In this document: positions 30,163-41,054 of the stretch, in pieces
Layout of the letters: each line of letters begins with the position of its first letter
Numbering within the stretch: the first letter of the stretch is position 1
Assembly (NCBI GenBank): GCA_963762565.1
Contig: CAVXLD010000008.1
Span: 1 to 64,000, forward strand
DNA from: an uncultured Verrucomicrobiae bacterium
GTDB taxonomy: Bacteria; Verrucomicrobiota; Verrucomicrobiia; Chthoniobacterales; JAFAMB01
Direction: 5' to 3'
DNA length: 64,000 nt
The notes under the pieces: generated by a model
The model's input: the letters and a program-made list of their open reading frames with translations, nothing else
Database searches by the model: none
Told to the model about the DNA's origin: nothing
Translations under genes and position numbers: made by a program

Positions 30163-30537
30163 ATGAGCGAATTTAAAGATTTCCCTTACGATACGCGGCT
30201 CGATGTCTTGCATGGAGCGCTTGAGGTTATCGATGAGAAGACGTTCTCCGATGCGCAGGTGCCTTGGTTCAATCAAACACTTTGCCAAGTCAATGCGTCG
30301 GTTGTCCGGGTCGGTGTGATCCAAGGTGAGTACCACTGGCACAAACACGATAACGACGATGAATTCTTTTATGTAGTCGAAGGCCAGCTGACCATTGATT
30401 TGGAGGATCGCACCGTTGGCCTCGCTCCTCGACAAGGATTCGTCGTCCCAAAAGGCGTTTTGCATCGCACCCGTTCTCTGGAACGGACGGTCATTCTCAT
30501 GGTGGAAAACGGCGGCATTGTGCCCACCGGGGACTGA
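30163..30537 (+). CDS. Cupin domain protein
   Basis: GEYHWHKHDNDDEFFYVVEG, VVPKGVLHRT. Confidence 0.88.
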   Translation: MSEFKDFPYDTRLDVLHGALEVIDEKTFSDAQVPWFNQTLCQVNASVVRVGVIQGEYHWHKHDNDDEFFYVVEGQLTIDLEDRTVGLAPRQGFVVPKGVLHRTRSLERTVILMVENGGIVPTGD

Positions 30538-30979
30538 CAATCTGGTGAGAAGTGAGAGGTGGAAGTGATTAGTGATTGGTGATTAGTGATGGTGCGAAGC
30601 GAAGCGGGCGGAGAGAATAGCCCAGGGCTTTAGCCCTGGGTAAGCTGCAACCGTTTCGCCCTAAAAGGGCGACCGAGCGGTACAGGGAATTGGCTGTGTT
30701 GCCCTACAGCATCTCCACGCTACGCGGGTGCTCTTCGGACTTGGCGCAGTACTCGAAAACCCATCAGGTGGACTGATTACGAGGACAGACTGTCGATGAA
30801 GCCCTGCTCTATGTTACCACCGCTCGAAGTCGGCCTCGCAAGCGAGGCGCGCTCCTAAAAACAGGACGTTGGCGAAGTGGAAGGACGACGACGAGGACGA
30901 GAACGAGGCGCCTGTGAGCCGCTTTGCCGTTGGATTCCAGCCACTCCTGGCTCCTGGATTCTGGCTCCTGACTCCTCCG

Positions 30980-31870
30980 TCACCTCTTCTTTTGCAGCTC
31001 GTCCTTCAGTCTCTGTCGCAATTCGGTGATACGCATTCGGGCGAAGGCGATGCGGTCTTCGTAGTTGGCCAACGCCTCGAAACCTCCGAGCCATGACTGT
31101 TGCTGCAACGTTAGAAGTTGCCGATCGTCTTCGTCCAAGAGTCCACGCAGGGTTTGATAGAGACGCTCCGCTTGGCGGCCAGCCAAGATCGATGCACCAA
31201 GGGGTTGGTTTGAATTGGGATAAGGCTCAGATCGCTCGAAGACGAGTGAGTTACCGCCGGCGTTTATCTGAAAATAGAGATCGACTCGTCGGGTGTCCGA
31301 ACCCGGACCCGAATCGATGTTTACGGTTACATAACATTCGTGAGACGAAATGAAGTGCGTGTCGATAGCGGAAAGATTTGGAGCGCGATCCGAAAAGTTG
31401 AACTTTCGGGACTTTGGCCCACTGGCGATGCGAGTCGCCGCCGCTACCAACGCGGATCCCACCTTGGAGACATGGCCCTCCGGCAGATCGACTTGAAGAC
31501 AGGCCGATAGGTCCAGAGCGTTAACTATTAAGAGATGATCCTCCTGTGGGGCCCAGGCACAGAACCAATGAGTGGGAGGCGCATCAGCTAAGTCTAACGG
31601 CGCGAAATCTGTCGCCTCAAGTCCAGAAAAATCCAAGACCGGTTCGTCGGTCTTGAGATTCCGTATCGAAAGCTGCGCTGCACCCTGGGCGTTTGCTGCC
31701 GCCTTATCACTATCAGCTGATGTCGAAGCCGTTTTGGAGTGCGCGAGAGCATAGGTGCCGCTAGGCGAGACCGTGCTCCAAAGAACTGCCGTCTCATCAG
31801 CATTCGCCTCCCCGAATAATTGGAACTGGGTCACCAGCAAAAGGCAAATCGACAAGACCTTTTGATTCAT
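30980..31870 (-). CDS. Exported hypothetical protein with C-terminal LprI/DUF1311-like helices
   Basis: Signal peptide; [25 protein letters not shown]...RMRITELR. Confidence 0.6.
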   Translation of the reverse strand: MNQKVLSICLLLVTQFQLFGEANADETAVLWSTVSPSGTYALAHSKTASTSADSDKAAANAQGAAQLSIRNLKTDEPVLDFSGLEATDFAPLDLADAPPTHWFCAWAPQEDHLLIVNALDLSACLQVDLPEGHVSKVGSALVAAATRIASGPKSRKFNFSDRAPNLSAIDTHFISSHECYVTVNIDSGPGSDTRRVDLYFQINAGGNSLVFERSEPYPNSNQPLGASILAGRQAERLYQTLRGLLDEDDRQLLTLQQQSWLGGFEALANYEDRIAFARMRITELRQRLKDELQKKR

Positions 31871-32009
31871 CAATCCGTTTGGCACGGATTTGTCCTTTAG
31901 CATGTCTTGCCGATCAGAGCCATGGCGCGGACGATATAACTCCCAGGGTTCTCTTTATGGCTCCGCAAGGATTACCTTAAGTTCCCGAAAGCAAATGCAC
32001 AAAAAACCA

Positions 32010-32801
32010 ATGAATCATTCCAACTCTGTTCAGCGCTTTGTCGATCTTTCCATACCTTTGGAAAACGAAGTCATCGCCGATCCACCTGGTACCGGTCCCG
32101 CGATCGAGTACTTCCAACACGCCGCTACGGCCAAGACCGTGTGCCAATTCTTTCCAGGGCTGCTACCGGAGGACTTACCGGATGGTGAAGGCTGGGCGGT
32201 TGAGCAGATTAATCTCTCTACTCATAACGGGACACATTTGGATGCGCCTTGGCACTTCGCTTCAACAATGAACAAAGGGGAACGCGCCTGGACCATCGAT
32301 GAGGTACCGTTGGAATGGTGTTTTCAACCAGGCGTTAAACTTGATTTCCGTCATTTTCCGGATGGCTACGTTGTTACCGCCCAAGACATTGAAAACGAGT
32401 TGAAACGGATTGGCCACGAACTGCGTCCACTTGAGATCGTCTTAGTCAACACCGCGGCGGGAGCAAAATATGGAAACCCAGACTATCTCTCTTCCGGCTG
32501 CGGGATGGGTCGCGAAGCGACTCTTTATCTTACGTCCAGAGGGGTCAGAGTAACCGGTACCGACGGCTGGTCATGGGATGCACCGTTTATTCATACGGCG
32601 CAACGCTACCTACAGACTCGCGACTCCGCACTGATTTGGGAGGGACATAAAGCTGGACGAGAAATCGCATACACTCACATCGAAAAGCTGCACAATTTGG
32701 AATCGCTTCCGAGCTCAGGATTCCTGGTGAGCTGCTTTCCCGTGAAGATCAAGGCTGCTTCAGCGGGGTGGTGCCGGGTCGTGGCGATTTTTGAAGATTG
32801 A
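32010..32801 (+). CDS. Cyclase family metal hydrolase (kynurenine formamidase/isatin hydrolase-like)
   Basis: [29 protein letters not shown]. Confidence 0.9.
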   Translation: MNHSNSVQRFVDLSIPLENEVIADPPGTGPAIEYFQHAATAKTVCQFFPGLLPEDLPDGEGWAVEQINLSTHNGTHLDAPWHFASTMNKGERAWTIDEVPLEWCFQPGVKLDFRHFPDGYVVTAQDIENELKRIGHELRPLEIVLVNTAAGAKYGNPDYLSSGCGMGREATLYLTSRGVRVTGTDGWSWDAPFIHTAQRYLQTRDSALIWEGHKAGREIAYTHIEKLHNLESLPSSGFLVSCFPVKIKAASAGWCRVVAIFED

Positions 32802-33179
32802 ATGCGTTACCTCCTGTTCAAACCGTCCGTCTTAGTGTGCTTTGTGGCCTTGTGGGTGAAGGATCATTGGGCAACAGCCCGCCAAGAGACGACCCTAGTT
32901 ATCGATTCCAGGTTGGCAAAGACAGGAACTGGTAATCTTTTAGGTCGGCGCTTTTTGTCCCGGTTGCCCGATTGTTTGTTCGACCCGCACCGATCCTGAC
33001 GGCCGAGCGTTAGGGGAGGGCGCGCGTCCCCGCGCGCCGCGAGGACGCACCACCACCCAGCTGCGTATTTTCGTCCGGGATCAAAACACGTCGCCGGTTT
33101 CGGTCACGACGGATCGCGAGGACGCGATCCCTCCCGGCGATGGGCCCACACACATTCCATGAGCGAAGCGGCTGACATC

Positions 33180-33378
33180 ATAGCCCAGGGCTTCAGCCCG
33201 GGTTAGCTGCATAAAAGACACGCCCTGAAAGTGGCGTCCGACGGTGTGTGTTCATGGTCAGGTGCGTTTATTATATCGGTCGCGCAAATCCTAACATGCA
33301 CACTTGGCCGCCTCCTTTCGGGCGTCACTTTCGGGGCGCATTACGGCGGTCGTAACTCAGGGCTGAAGCCTGGGCTAA
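33180..33378. repeat. REP-like element (TAGCCCAGGGCTTCAGCCCGGG ... CAGGGCTGAAGCCTGGGCTA)
   Basis: Inverted arms; related sequences at ~30617-30673 and ~48602-48818. Confidence 0.7.
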
Positions 33379-33462
33379 AATATTTTACTGCTTCGCGGTA
33401 GGCGGACTTTGTGTCCGAGCTGGCCCTACGCAACCTAGAACGTACAACCTATAACCTATAAC

Positions 33463-36400
33463 CTATAACGCCTTGGAACTATCTTCCTGGGCATAGATCC
33501 ATTTTAGGTCCAAATGTCTTCCCAGAATCTCAAACAACTCTTCTTCCATGATCGGTTTTGGTAGGAAATCATTAAATCCAGCAGCAAGAGCTTGCCGCTG
33601 ATCGTCAGAAAAAACGCTGGCCGAGGACGCGATGATGATTAGCCCTTTAGTCTCTGGCGTTGATCTGAGCTTTCGGCAGAATGGATACCCATCGTAGCTG
33701 GCATCCGTATATCGGAGATCACCACACCGAACCCGTCATTAATACGAGATAATGCCTGTTTCGATGAATCCGCTTCAGCCACATCGAAACCAACTGTCGA
33801 AAGCATCTCTCTGAGGATTGCGCGGTTAAGGACCTCATCATCGACCACCAAAATTTTCCAGCGAGATCCTTGGTAGCCGACTATATGGGGCCGAGAAACT
33901 GAAAGCACCGGTGACTGATTACTCGCCGGGGAATCTCAAAACTGAATGTACTGCCTTTACCTAGCTCACTGGATACATGATTTCGCCTCCTAACAGTTGA
34001 CGATTTGTTTACTGATATGGAGGCCCAAGCTAACTCCTTGGCCGGTTAGATCATTATTGGCGGCTTGGTAGAACGGGTTAAAAACCAACGACAGCTCTTG
34101 CTCTGGTATCCTTTGCCGGTGTCCCTTACTTCAAAACGCACTGGTCCGATCACTAGACACCCTAAAGGAAACCTCCCCTGGGTAGTAAATTTCATCGCAT
34201 TGCCGAGCAAGTTATAGAGCACCTGCCTTAGCCGGACCGGGTCGGTTTCGATCCATTCTGGCAAAGCTCCGTCGATTTCGTGGATGAAACGCAATTTCTC
34301 CCGAACCGCCCGTACTTTAAATTCGTCCGCAACGCTCACGATGAACTTCGACAGCTCCAGAGGTCGCAAATCGATACGAACGTTCCCTGATTCGACTCTT
34401 GTGAGATCCAAAACCTCATTGATCATCTGCAGCAGATGCTCTCCGCTGAACAAGATCGTTCGCAATCTCGATTTAGCCTCCCTGTCGATTTCCGGACGCC
34501 GCAGCAAAATCTGAGCATACCCAAGGATGCTATTGATCGGTGTGCGCAGTTCATGGCTCATATTGGCCAGAAAGGACGTTTTGGCTTGATTAGCCGTTTG
34601 GCGCGTTCTTTAGCGCTTCGGAGCTCAATTTCATTCTCCTTTAGTTCGCGCGTCCGGTGTTCAACGGTCTGCACTAGTTCTCTTTGCCGCAAAGTCAGCT
34701 GCCACGTCCGCCAGCGAATAAAGAGATACACAATCAGAACCGCCAATAACCCCCAAATAAGCTCCATCCACAGGGTCCGATACCAGGGTGGCGCGATGGT
34801 GAAGGCTAACATCAATTCCTTGCTTTCAACTCCGTCGCTATCCTTGGCCTGAACACGAAGAAGATAATGACCGGCACCGAGTGCTCCAGAGCGCCAGAGC
34901 GGTGCCGTTATTCCCGTTGACCGTCGGACAACTTTTCCTGTCAGAGTGGCGTCATAATAGAGCGTATTCCCAACGCCGAAGTGGTCCGTACCGAATCGAA
35001 TTTGGAAATCCCGGTTATCGTGCTTAAGCGTTAACTCCTTTCGTCCCGCATAGGGATCGGCTTTCCATCTGCGGTTGCGATTTCGGTGGCGTAAAGCGCG
35101 AATTTTTGCCGCTAGATGCCGGTTGATCCAGGAGGACGCGCATAAGCCCGTAGTCTCCAGCAATCCAGGCCACTGGTTCGCTCTTAACATCCTCGTCCCA
35201 GATGCTGTTTATGACACCCAATGGGTAGGACACAGCATGCGACAAGGCTTCGTAGCGTCCTGACTTGTAGAGCCGACCAACTTCAGAACCAATCTCCGGC
35301 CTCGCGTTAGGCTGCCGGCTGCAGATCCAAATATAGTCATCGGTTCGCTGGCTACGGACGATCAATTGAACGTTCCGATCGGGTATGCCTTTTTCTATCA
35401 ATTCAAGAGGAGCTAGTCGGTCCATGCCCGGCATCAACGTCCAAACCCGGCCACCTCCCACAAACAACATTTGGCCTTGCCACTCAGACACTGACCCCTG
35501 GCCAGACGGCACCTTTCGGCCTTGCCTATCCAATAGCTCCTGGATTCTGGCGTTGCGGAATAAGAGCTCCCCGTCTCTCTGCAATTGGATCCAATAGAAG
35601 CCGTTACTTTCTGTGCTAACAAATAGATCCCCTTTTTCGTCCTCGGCCATTCCCCCAATAAAGTAAGGAAGTTGCGATAGCACCCCCTCCGAAGACCTTT
35701 GACCATTGGAATTAAAAACGGATTCTAGCCTTTTCTGGTACTGAGAAAAACCCGCCTTGGATCAGTTTTAGAGGGAAGAATTACCGAGGCTCCTGATCCG
35801 ATGCGTTCAAATCCGGAACCTGCTACATCCAGGGAGTAAGTGTCCGTGTCACTGATAGCAAAGACATTCAGGCCGCTGAGCGCTATGCCTAAGAATCGGT
35901 CAGTCCGATCTCCAAATTGGAGGAAATGACAAGAACCCTGTGGATCTTCGGCCGCTTTTAAAACAAAAACGCCGTGTTGGGTAGTGGTGTAAATTCGGCC
36001 CTGATATCTGATAACCCCGGTCACAAACCCTTTTGGTAGTCCCAATTCGTAGTCAAACTCGCTGTACCGAATACCGAACGAATTCGGGTGATCTCGGTAT
36101 CGGGGCCAAAAAGTCCTCCATCGCGATCTTCGCCAATGCATCAAAGCCGGCGTCCCCAAGGCGCCATGACCGAAAGCTTTGAAAGCGCCTTCTGGTTCAG
36201 CAGGTAAATGCGCTATTTCTATAAAAACGGCTAGATACCTCCAATATTAATTTTGCCGGAATATAGGAGAGCTTTACAGCGAGTCAATGTCGGTTGGCAG
36301 GGCACAAGCTCAGCGCGATTTTCTGAAAGAATCCGGACGATCTAACAATCAGGGCATCGCCATTGGCCAATCCAAAATCGCCTGAACGTCCCCGGCGTGC

Positions 36401-36936
36401 TCTCATGCGATTCCGCAATTTTGCTAAACCCGCTGCCACCGAACTATGGATAGATGCGTATCGGTCGCTGGACCAGATCGCAATGACATAAAGCCGAGGA
36501 AAAGGGTTCAGGCATCACTTGGCAAGGCTGCCGCCCATGTGTCCGTTACCAAGCTAGAAGGCCGGTATCGCTCGTGAAGAAGGCGTCCCGTCAAAATGAT
36601 CCGGGAAACACCAAGCGAGCCTCGTAAACTAACACCGCCACGCCATACCGAGAGGTAACCGACGGTACGCCGCGAACCAGACCACGCCGTGTCCGTCGAC
36701 AGCGAATGATCTGATAAAACCCGTCCCTGGGGTGGCAACGTTCCCAACGATTATGTCGAACACTGAGAGAGGTCCGCAACCGAACAGCATCCGCCCCTCA
36801 CCATCCTCTGTTAGCGCAAATACTTGGCCTACCTCACCATAATCGTGACCGAAAAATCCGGAAACGGGTGGCCAAGTTCCCAATGTCCCAAATACGGCCG
36901 CACTACAGAAAAAGAAGAGGAACCGAAGAACCACAC
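33463..36936 (-). CDS. Hybrid sensor histidine kinase/response regulator with periplasmic beta-propeller and Y_Y_Y-type domain; many frameshifts (probably sequence error)
   Basis: Fragments: FALTEDGEGRMLFG, GAGHYLLRVQAKD...IAPPWYRT plus TM, MSHELRTPINSILGY, LRQVLYNLLGNAMKFT, ILVVDDEVLNR...SDIRMP, AAGFNDFLPKP. Confidence 0.8.
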
Positions 36937-37143
36937 CTCGAAAATTCTGCAGCTTACACAGAACGCAGATTACGATTGGCGAGTATAACGTCGATCGGCA
37001 AAATACCAGTGCCGAGAGCACGGTTCCGTTGGTTTCATGAGCAGATCGAAGCGTTAGCACGTAAACGGAAAACTGCGTAACTGCGGATATTTAAATCTCT
37101 TTTTTCATCATTTACAGCCACCTCCAAAGAGCGCTTCTGGCCT

Positions 37144-38019
37144 TCATTTGCCCGACCCCAGCGTTACGCCCTCCAGGAACACCCGTTGAAAGCAGAGAAA
37201 GACGGCCACAACGGGCAACACGACCAGGCACGATGCCGCCATTAGCAGGTTGAATTGGATTCCGTGCATCGTTCTGAAAAAGGTCAGACCGAGTGACAGG
37301 GTGTACAGTTTATCGTTCTGGAGATAGATCAGGGGACCAAGAAAATCGTTCCAGGCGTTAACGCCGGCAAGCAGGGCCACCACTACTAGAGCGGGCCGGG
37401 TCAGCGGAAGAATGATCCGACCCATGATCTGGAATTCGTTGGCTCCATCGAGTCTCGCGGCCTCGGATAGGCTAGCCGGAATTTGCAACATGAATTGGCG
37501 CAGAAGGAAAATGAAAAAAGGATTCCCTAAGAACGACGGTAGGATCAGCGGTAAAAACGAATTCACCAAACCTAGTCCGGCAAAAAATGAGAACATTGGC
37601 ACCATCGTGATCGGGTTCACCGGGAATTGTATAAAGATGAAGATGGAAGCGATTACTGGGTAAAACAGCAGATCGCGTCCGGGCCATTTGATGCGGGAAA
37701 ATCCGTACGCAACTACGAAATTCGATAAGACGCTTCCGATCACGGTAAATACCGCATAAAAGACGGTATTCCCTAGATAGGAGAGAAAGGGGAAAGTCTT
37801 CGTTGCCTGGTCAAAGTTACGCCAGACGGTCTCTTGCGGCCAGAGCGTCGGTGGAAATTGAGCGAGTTCTTTGTCCGATTTTAATGCCGTTACCAGCATC
37901 CAGTAGATTGGTGACAGATAAAAAAGACAAGTGGCGATAAGAAATATTCGCGAAACAAGTTGCTGCCGAATTTCAGACCGTGTACCCCCTGCCGGAATCA
38001 GAGCACTATACCAATTCAT
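37144..38019 (-). CDS. Carbohydrate ABC transporter permease (MalG-like)
   Basis: IPASLSEAARLDGA EAA loop, WNDFLGPLIYL. Confidence 0.92.
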   Translation of the reverse strand: MNWYSALIPAGGTRSEIRQQLVSRIFLIATCLFYLSPIYWMLVTALKSDKELAQFPPTLWPQETVWRNFDQATKTFPFLSYLGNTVFYAVFTVIGSVLSNFVVAYGFSRIKWPGRDLLFYPVIASIFIFIQFPVNPITMVPMFSFFAGLGLVNSFLPLILPSFLGNPFFIFLLRQFMLQIPASLSEAARLDGANEFQIMGRIILPLTRPALVVVALLAGVNAWNDFLGPLIYLQNDKLYTLSLGLTFFRTMHGIQFNLLMAASCLVVLPVVAVFLCFQRVFLEGVTLGSGK

Positions 38020-38059
38020 ATTCAGTCACCGCTGATCTGTAGACCCTCAAACCGAAGAT

Positions 38060-38217
38060 TAAATATCCGCAGATTACGCAGATTACGATTGGAGAGGAAA
38101 AACGTCGATCGACTTAAAGCACCCGTTCTGAGGTCGCCCGGTTTTCCAGTTGGTCTCATGAGCGAATCGAAGCGTTAGAACGTAATCTGCGAAATCTGCG
38201 TAATCTGCGGATATTTA
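38060..38217. repeat. MITE-like element with CCGCAGATTACGCAGAT terminal inverted repeats
   Basis: taaatatccgcagattacgcagatt ... aatctgcgtaatctgcggatattta; degraded copy at ~36940-37093; related element at 47418-47641. Confidence 0.8.
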
Positions 38218-38291
38218 CCCTTCCGATGTCTTCGAACCGTTTCACGTCCATTCGTGTGCGTTCGCGGTTGGTTTTGTTTGTAATCTGCGGT

Positions 38292-39194
38292 TCATTCGAG
38301 GTGATAGTTGACCCAATATTTAGAGGACCAAAAGGTAACGATCGCGAGTACCGCGTTGATAATAAACAGGATGCCGGAAACGGCCGCGGCTAACCCAACA
38401 CGGCTATACTCAAAGGCGTTCTTGTAAATATAGAGCGCGGTGAAAGTGGTCGAGTTCAGCGGGCCGCCATCGGTCATAATATAAGCGGGGGCAAATACCT
38501 GGAGACCCAGACCCAGACCGATAATGATATCGTAGAGGATGGTTGGAGTAAGTAAGGGTAACGTAATGTAATAGAACTTTCTCCATTGGCTGGCGCCATC
38601 CAATGACGCCGCATCGTAGAGAGTGGACGGAATTGTTCGCAAGGCAGTTAAGAAGACTAGTCCGATGTGACCCGCTCCGAACTGGGCCACCAGGACGATG
38701 GCTAGTTTTGACCAATGCGGATCACCGAGCCAGTTAATCGCAGGAATGTGTAACCAGCTCAGGAGATAGTTAAACAGGCCAAACCGAGGGTTCAGCAACC
38801 AAACCATGATCATCGATAGCGCAAATACCGGCGCCACACTCGGCAGGTAAAGGATCACGCGGTACCAGGCGACTTCGCGGACCTTCTGATTCATGGCTGC
38901 TGCCAAGCCGATTGCGACAACCACGCCAAGCGGAACCGCCAATACTACATAGTAGAAGGTGTTATAAAGCGAGGTCCAAAACAGCGGATCTTTGAACAAC
39001 TCGGCGTAATTTTGGAAGCCGATCCATTCGGGTGCGCCAAACCCGGAATATTGGGTCATCCCCAGATGGAAATTGGAGAGGACCGGGTAGACCAAAAAAA
39101 GGAAGAAGCCGACAATCCAAGGGCTGATAAACAGCAAACCAAGCAGAAGATTGCGAAGATCTCCGCGGATCAGCTTTTTGTGCATCCTGCTCAT
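38292..39194 (-). CDS. Carbohydrate ABC transporter permease (MalF-like)
   Basis: FISPWIVGF, IPSTLYDAASLDGA, ITLPLLTP, MTDGGP. Confidence 0.92.
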   Translation of the reverse strand: MSRMHKKLIRGDLRNLLLGLLFISPWIVGFFLFLVYPVLSNFHLGMTQYSGFGAPEWIGFQNYAELFKDPLFWTSLYNTFYYVVLAVPLGVVVAIGLAAAMNQKVREVAWYRVILYLPSVAPVFALSMIMVWLLNPRFGLFNYLLSWLHIPAINWLGDPHWSKLAIVLVAQFGAGHIGLVFLTALRTIPSTLYDAASLDGASQWRKFYYITLPLLTPTILYDIIIGLGLGLQVFAPAYIMTDGGPLNSTTFTALYIYKNAFEYSRVGLAAAVSGILFIINAVLAIVTFWSSKYWVNYHLE

Positions 39195-39206
39195 CTGGGG
39201 TCCATT

Positions 39207-39358
39207 ATCGTACTCGCCCTCGTCGTCGTCCTCGTCCTCGATTCAACGCCTTCCAGGGCCAAATCGCGAATATTATTCCAGCGTAGCGACTCCGTGACCT
39301 CCATTGCTAACTCACAACCGCTTCGAGGACGAGGACGACGACGAAGGACGAGTACGAT
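39207..39358. repeat. Inverted-repeat element with TCGTCGTCGTCCTCGTCCTCGA arms
   Basis: Same arms at 48511-48898 and ~60487-60640; single arms at ~23260, 27689, 30883, 62238. Confidence 0.85.
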
Positions 39359-39363
39359 TGGTG

Positions 39364-40665
39364 CTATTTACAGAACCGATCCATCTGCGGTTGTACCGCA
39401 TCAACAACGGCTTTTAAGGCTGCCTCCGGCGTTTGGCTGTTCGTGATCACTGCTTCTTCCGCGTTCTTTAACTGGTCCCAATAAAGCCCGCCGACGGGCA
39501 CCGGCGGGCGGGACTTGGAAACCGGTTGCAGGCTGAGAAAAAGATCATCCTCAGGCGGGAACAGATCCTTGCGTTGTTGCAAACTCTTTAAGGTCGGCAA
39601 AGCCGAAGCTTCCTTAAGCAGCGCCGTCTGGCCTTCTTCACCTGTCTCGTAGCGCAATAATTGGTAGGCGGCTTCGACGTTCTTTGATCCCTTAGGTATT
39701 ACGACGGACCAGCCTCCCGACCAGGATGTTTTCAAGCCGTTAGGAGCCGGAATATAGGTGACGCCGTACTCGAGGTTAGGAGCTACTGTTTTCATGGTGG
39801 CAAAGAGCCAGTTTCCGTCGATGACGAAAGCGACTTTTCCCGTGAAGAACGGCATTTGCGCATCCGGTAGAGTCCCGTTTGACGGCCACTGCCAATACGT
39901 ATCCACAAAAGTGCGCGCTTTTTGTGGATCCAAGGCTTTCGCAAAGTCATACAAGAACTGGTAACCATTGACCACGCCGGGGTCGGTAGCGGTGACTTTA
40001 CAATTCTTGAAATCGAAAAAACTGCCGCCGAAAGCGAATCCCCAGGTGTAACCCCAGCCTTGCTCTAGCCACGGGACAAATCCGAGCCGGGTATATGCAC
40101 CGGAGGCATCCGTTTGGTTCAGCTTTAGAGCGATCTCTTTGAATCTTTCCGGGAAGATGGGACCGTGAGCAGGGTCGAACTCGCTTAAGTCGATGCCAGC
40201 GTCTCTTAGGATTTTTTTATTGTAGAAAAGAACACGTGCGTCGGTCTCGGTGGGAAGGGCGTATGTTTTACCATCGTAGGTGACCTCTTGCCATGGTCCT
40301 TCCGTATACTCCTGGCTCAAATCCTTGCCCTCTTTTTTGATGAGCGGCGTCAGGTCAGTGAGCAAACCGGCGGCCGCGCGTTGGGCGACGGTAAAACGAT
40401 CAATCACGGCAAGATCAGGGCCAGCCCCGCTTCGTACCGCGGTCATGAGTTTAGCCACGTCCGTTTCCGAGCCGGGCATGGTCTCGATGTTGACCTTTAT
40501 CGAAGGGTTCTTTTTGCTGAATTCTTCAGCTGTTTGCGTATAAGCGGCCTTTTCATGAGCGTTAATCGAGGAAGGCAACCAAAACTTAAGCTGAGTCTGT
40601 CCGTCAGCTCCGACCGAAAGGAGCAAAGAACTAAATGCAACTAATATCTGGGATTTCGTCTTCAT
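39364..40665 (-). CDS. Sugar ABC transporter substrate-binding protein
   Basis: Signal peptide, AGPDLA, YDGKTYALP, LFYNK, FFTGKVAFVIDGNW, SWSGGW. Confidence 0.92.
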   Translation of the reverse strand: MKTKSQILVAFSSLLLSVGADGQTQLKFWLPSSINAHEKAAYTQTAEEFSKKNPSIKVNIETMPGSETDVAKLMTAVRSGAGPDLAVIDRFTVAQRAAAGLLTDLTPLIKKEGKDLSQEYTEGPWQEVTYDGKTYALPTETDARVLFYNKKILRDAGIDLSEFDPAHGPIFPERFKEIALKLNQTDASGAYTRLGFVPWLEQGWGYTWGFAFGGSFFDFKNCKVTATDPGVVNGYQFLYDFAKALDPQKARTFVDTYWQWPSNGTLPDAQMPFFTGKVAFVIDGNWLFATMKTVAPNLEYGVTYIPAPNGLKTSWSGGWSVVIPKGSKNVEAAYQLLRYETGEEGQTALLKEASALPTLKSLQQRKDLFPPEDDLFLSLQPVSKSRPPVPVGGLYWDQLKNAEEAVITNSQTPEAALKAVVDAVQPQMDRFCK

Positions 40666-40761
40666 GAGGGGGAGGAACTGTGAGTGCACAACCTCCGTGA
40701 TTGGCACCCTTTATGAGTACAACGAATCTAAGGCGTGGCAACGAGTGAGCGTCTGCGTGCC

Positions 40762-40972
40762 GGCGAATGGGCGAATGGGCGAAACGGCGATACGGCGATT
40801 TGAGGCGCGAAGCGCTGGTAAGATCTTAGCCTAGAGGCTGAGTCCGCGAGGCCTAGGTATGCCCAAAGTAAAAGCGACGAGCGCTGAAGGCGCGACAGAA
40901 CGCGGTTATTGAACGCGTTGGTTGAGACCGCATTGCCCATTCGCCCATTCGCCGTTTCGCCCATTCGCCCTT
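40762..40972. repeat. Nested element: (GGCGAATG)n arms around a GCGCGAAGCGC/TAGCCTAG core
   Basis: ggcgaatgggcgaatgggcgaaacggcga ... tcgcccattcgccgtttcgcccattcgcc; shorter relative at ~49376-49497. Confidence 0.75.
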
Positions 40973-41054
40973 TCGCAGCCTCGCCGCATCGCCGCGTCGC
41001 CGCGTCGCCAACCTTTCCTTTGCGTCTTTGCGTCTTGGCGTGAGATATCTTCTC

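Noticed and set aside
32802..32999. 65-aa ORF directly after the cyclase gene
   Set aside because: No motif or RBS; not enough evidence to call it a gene
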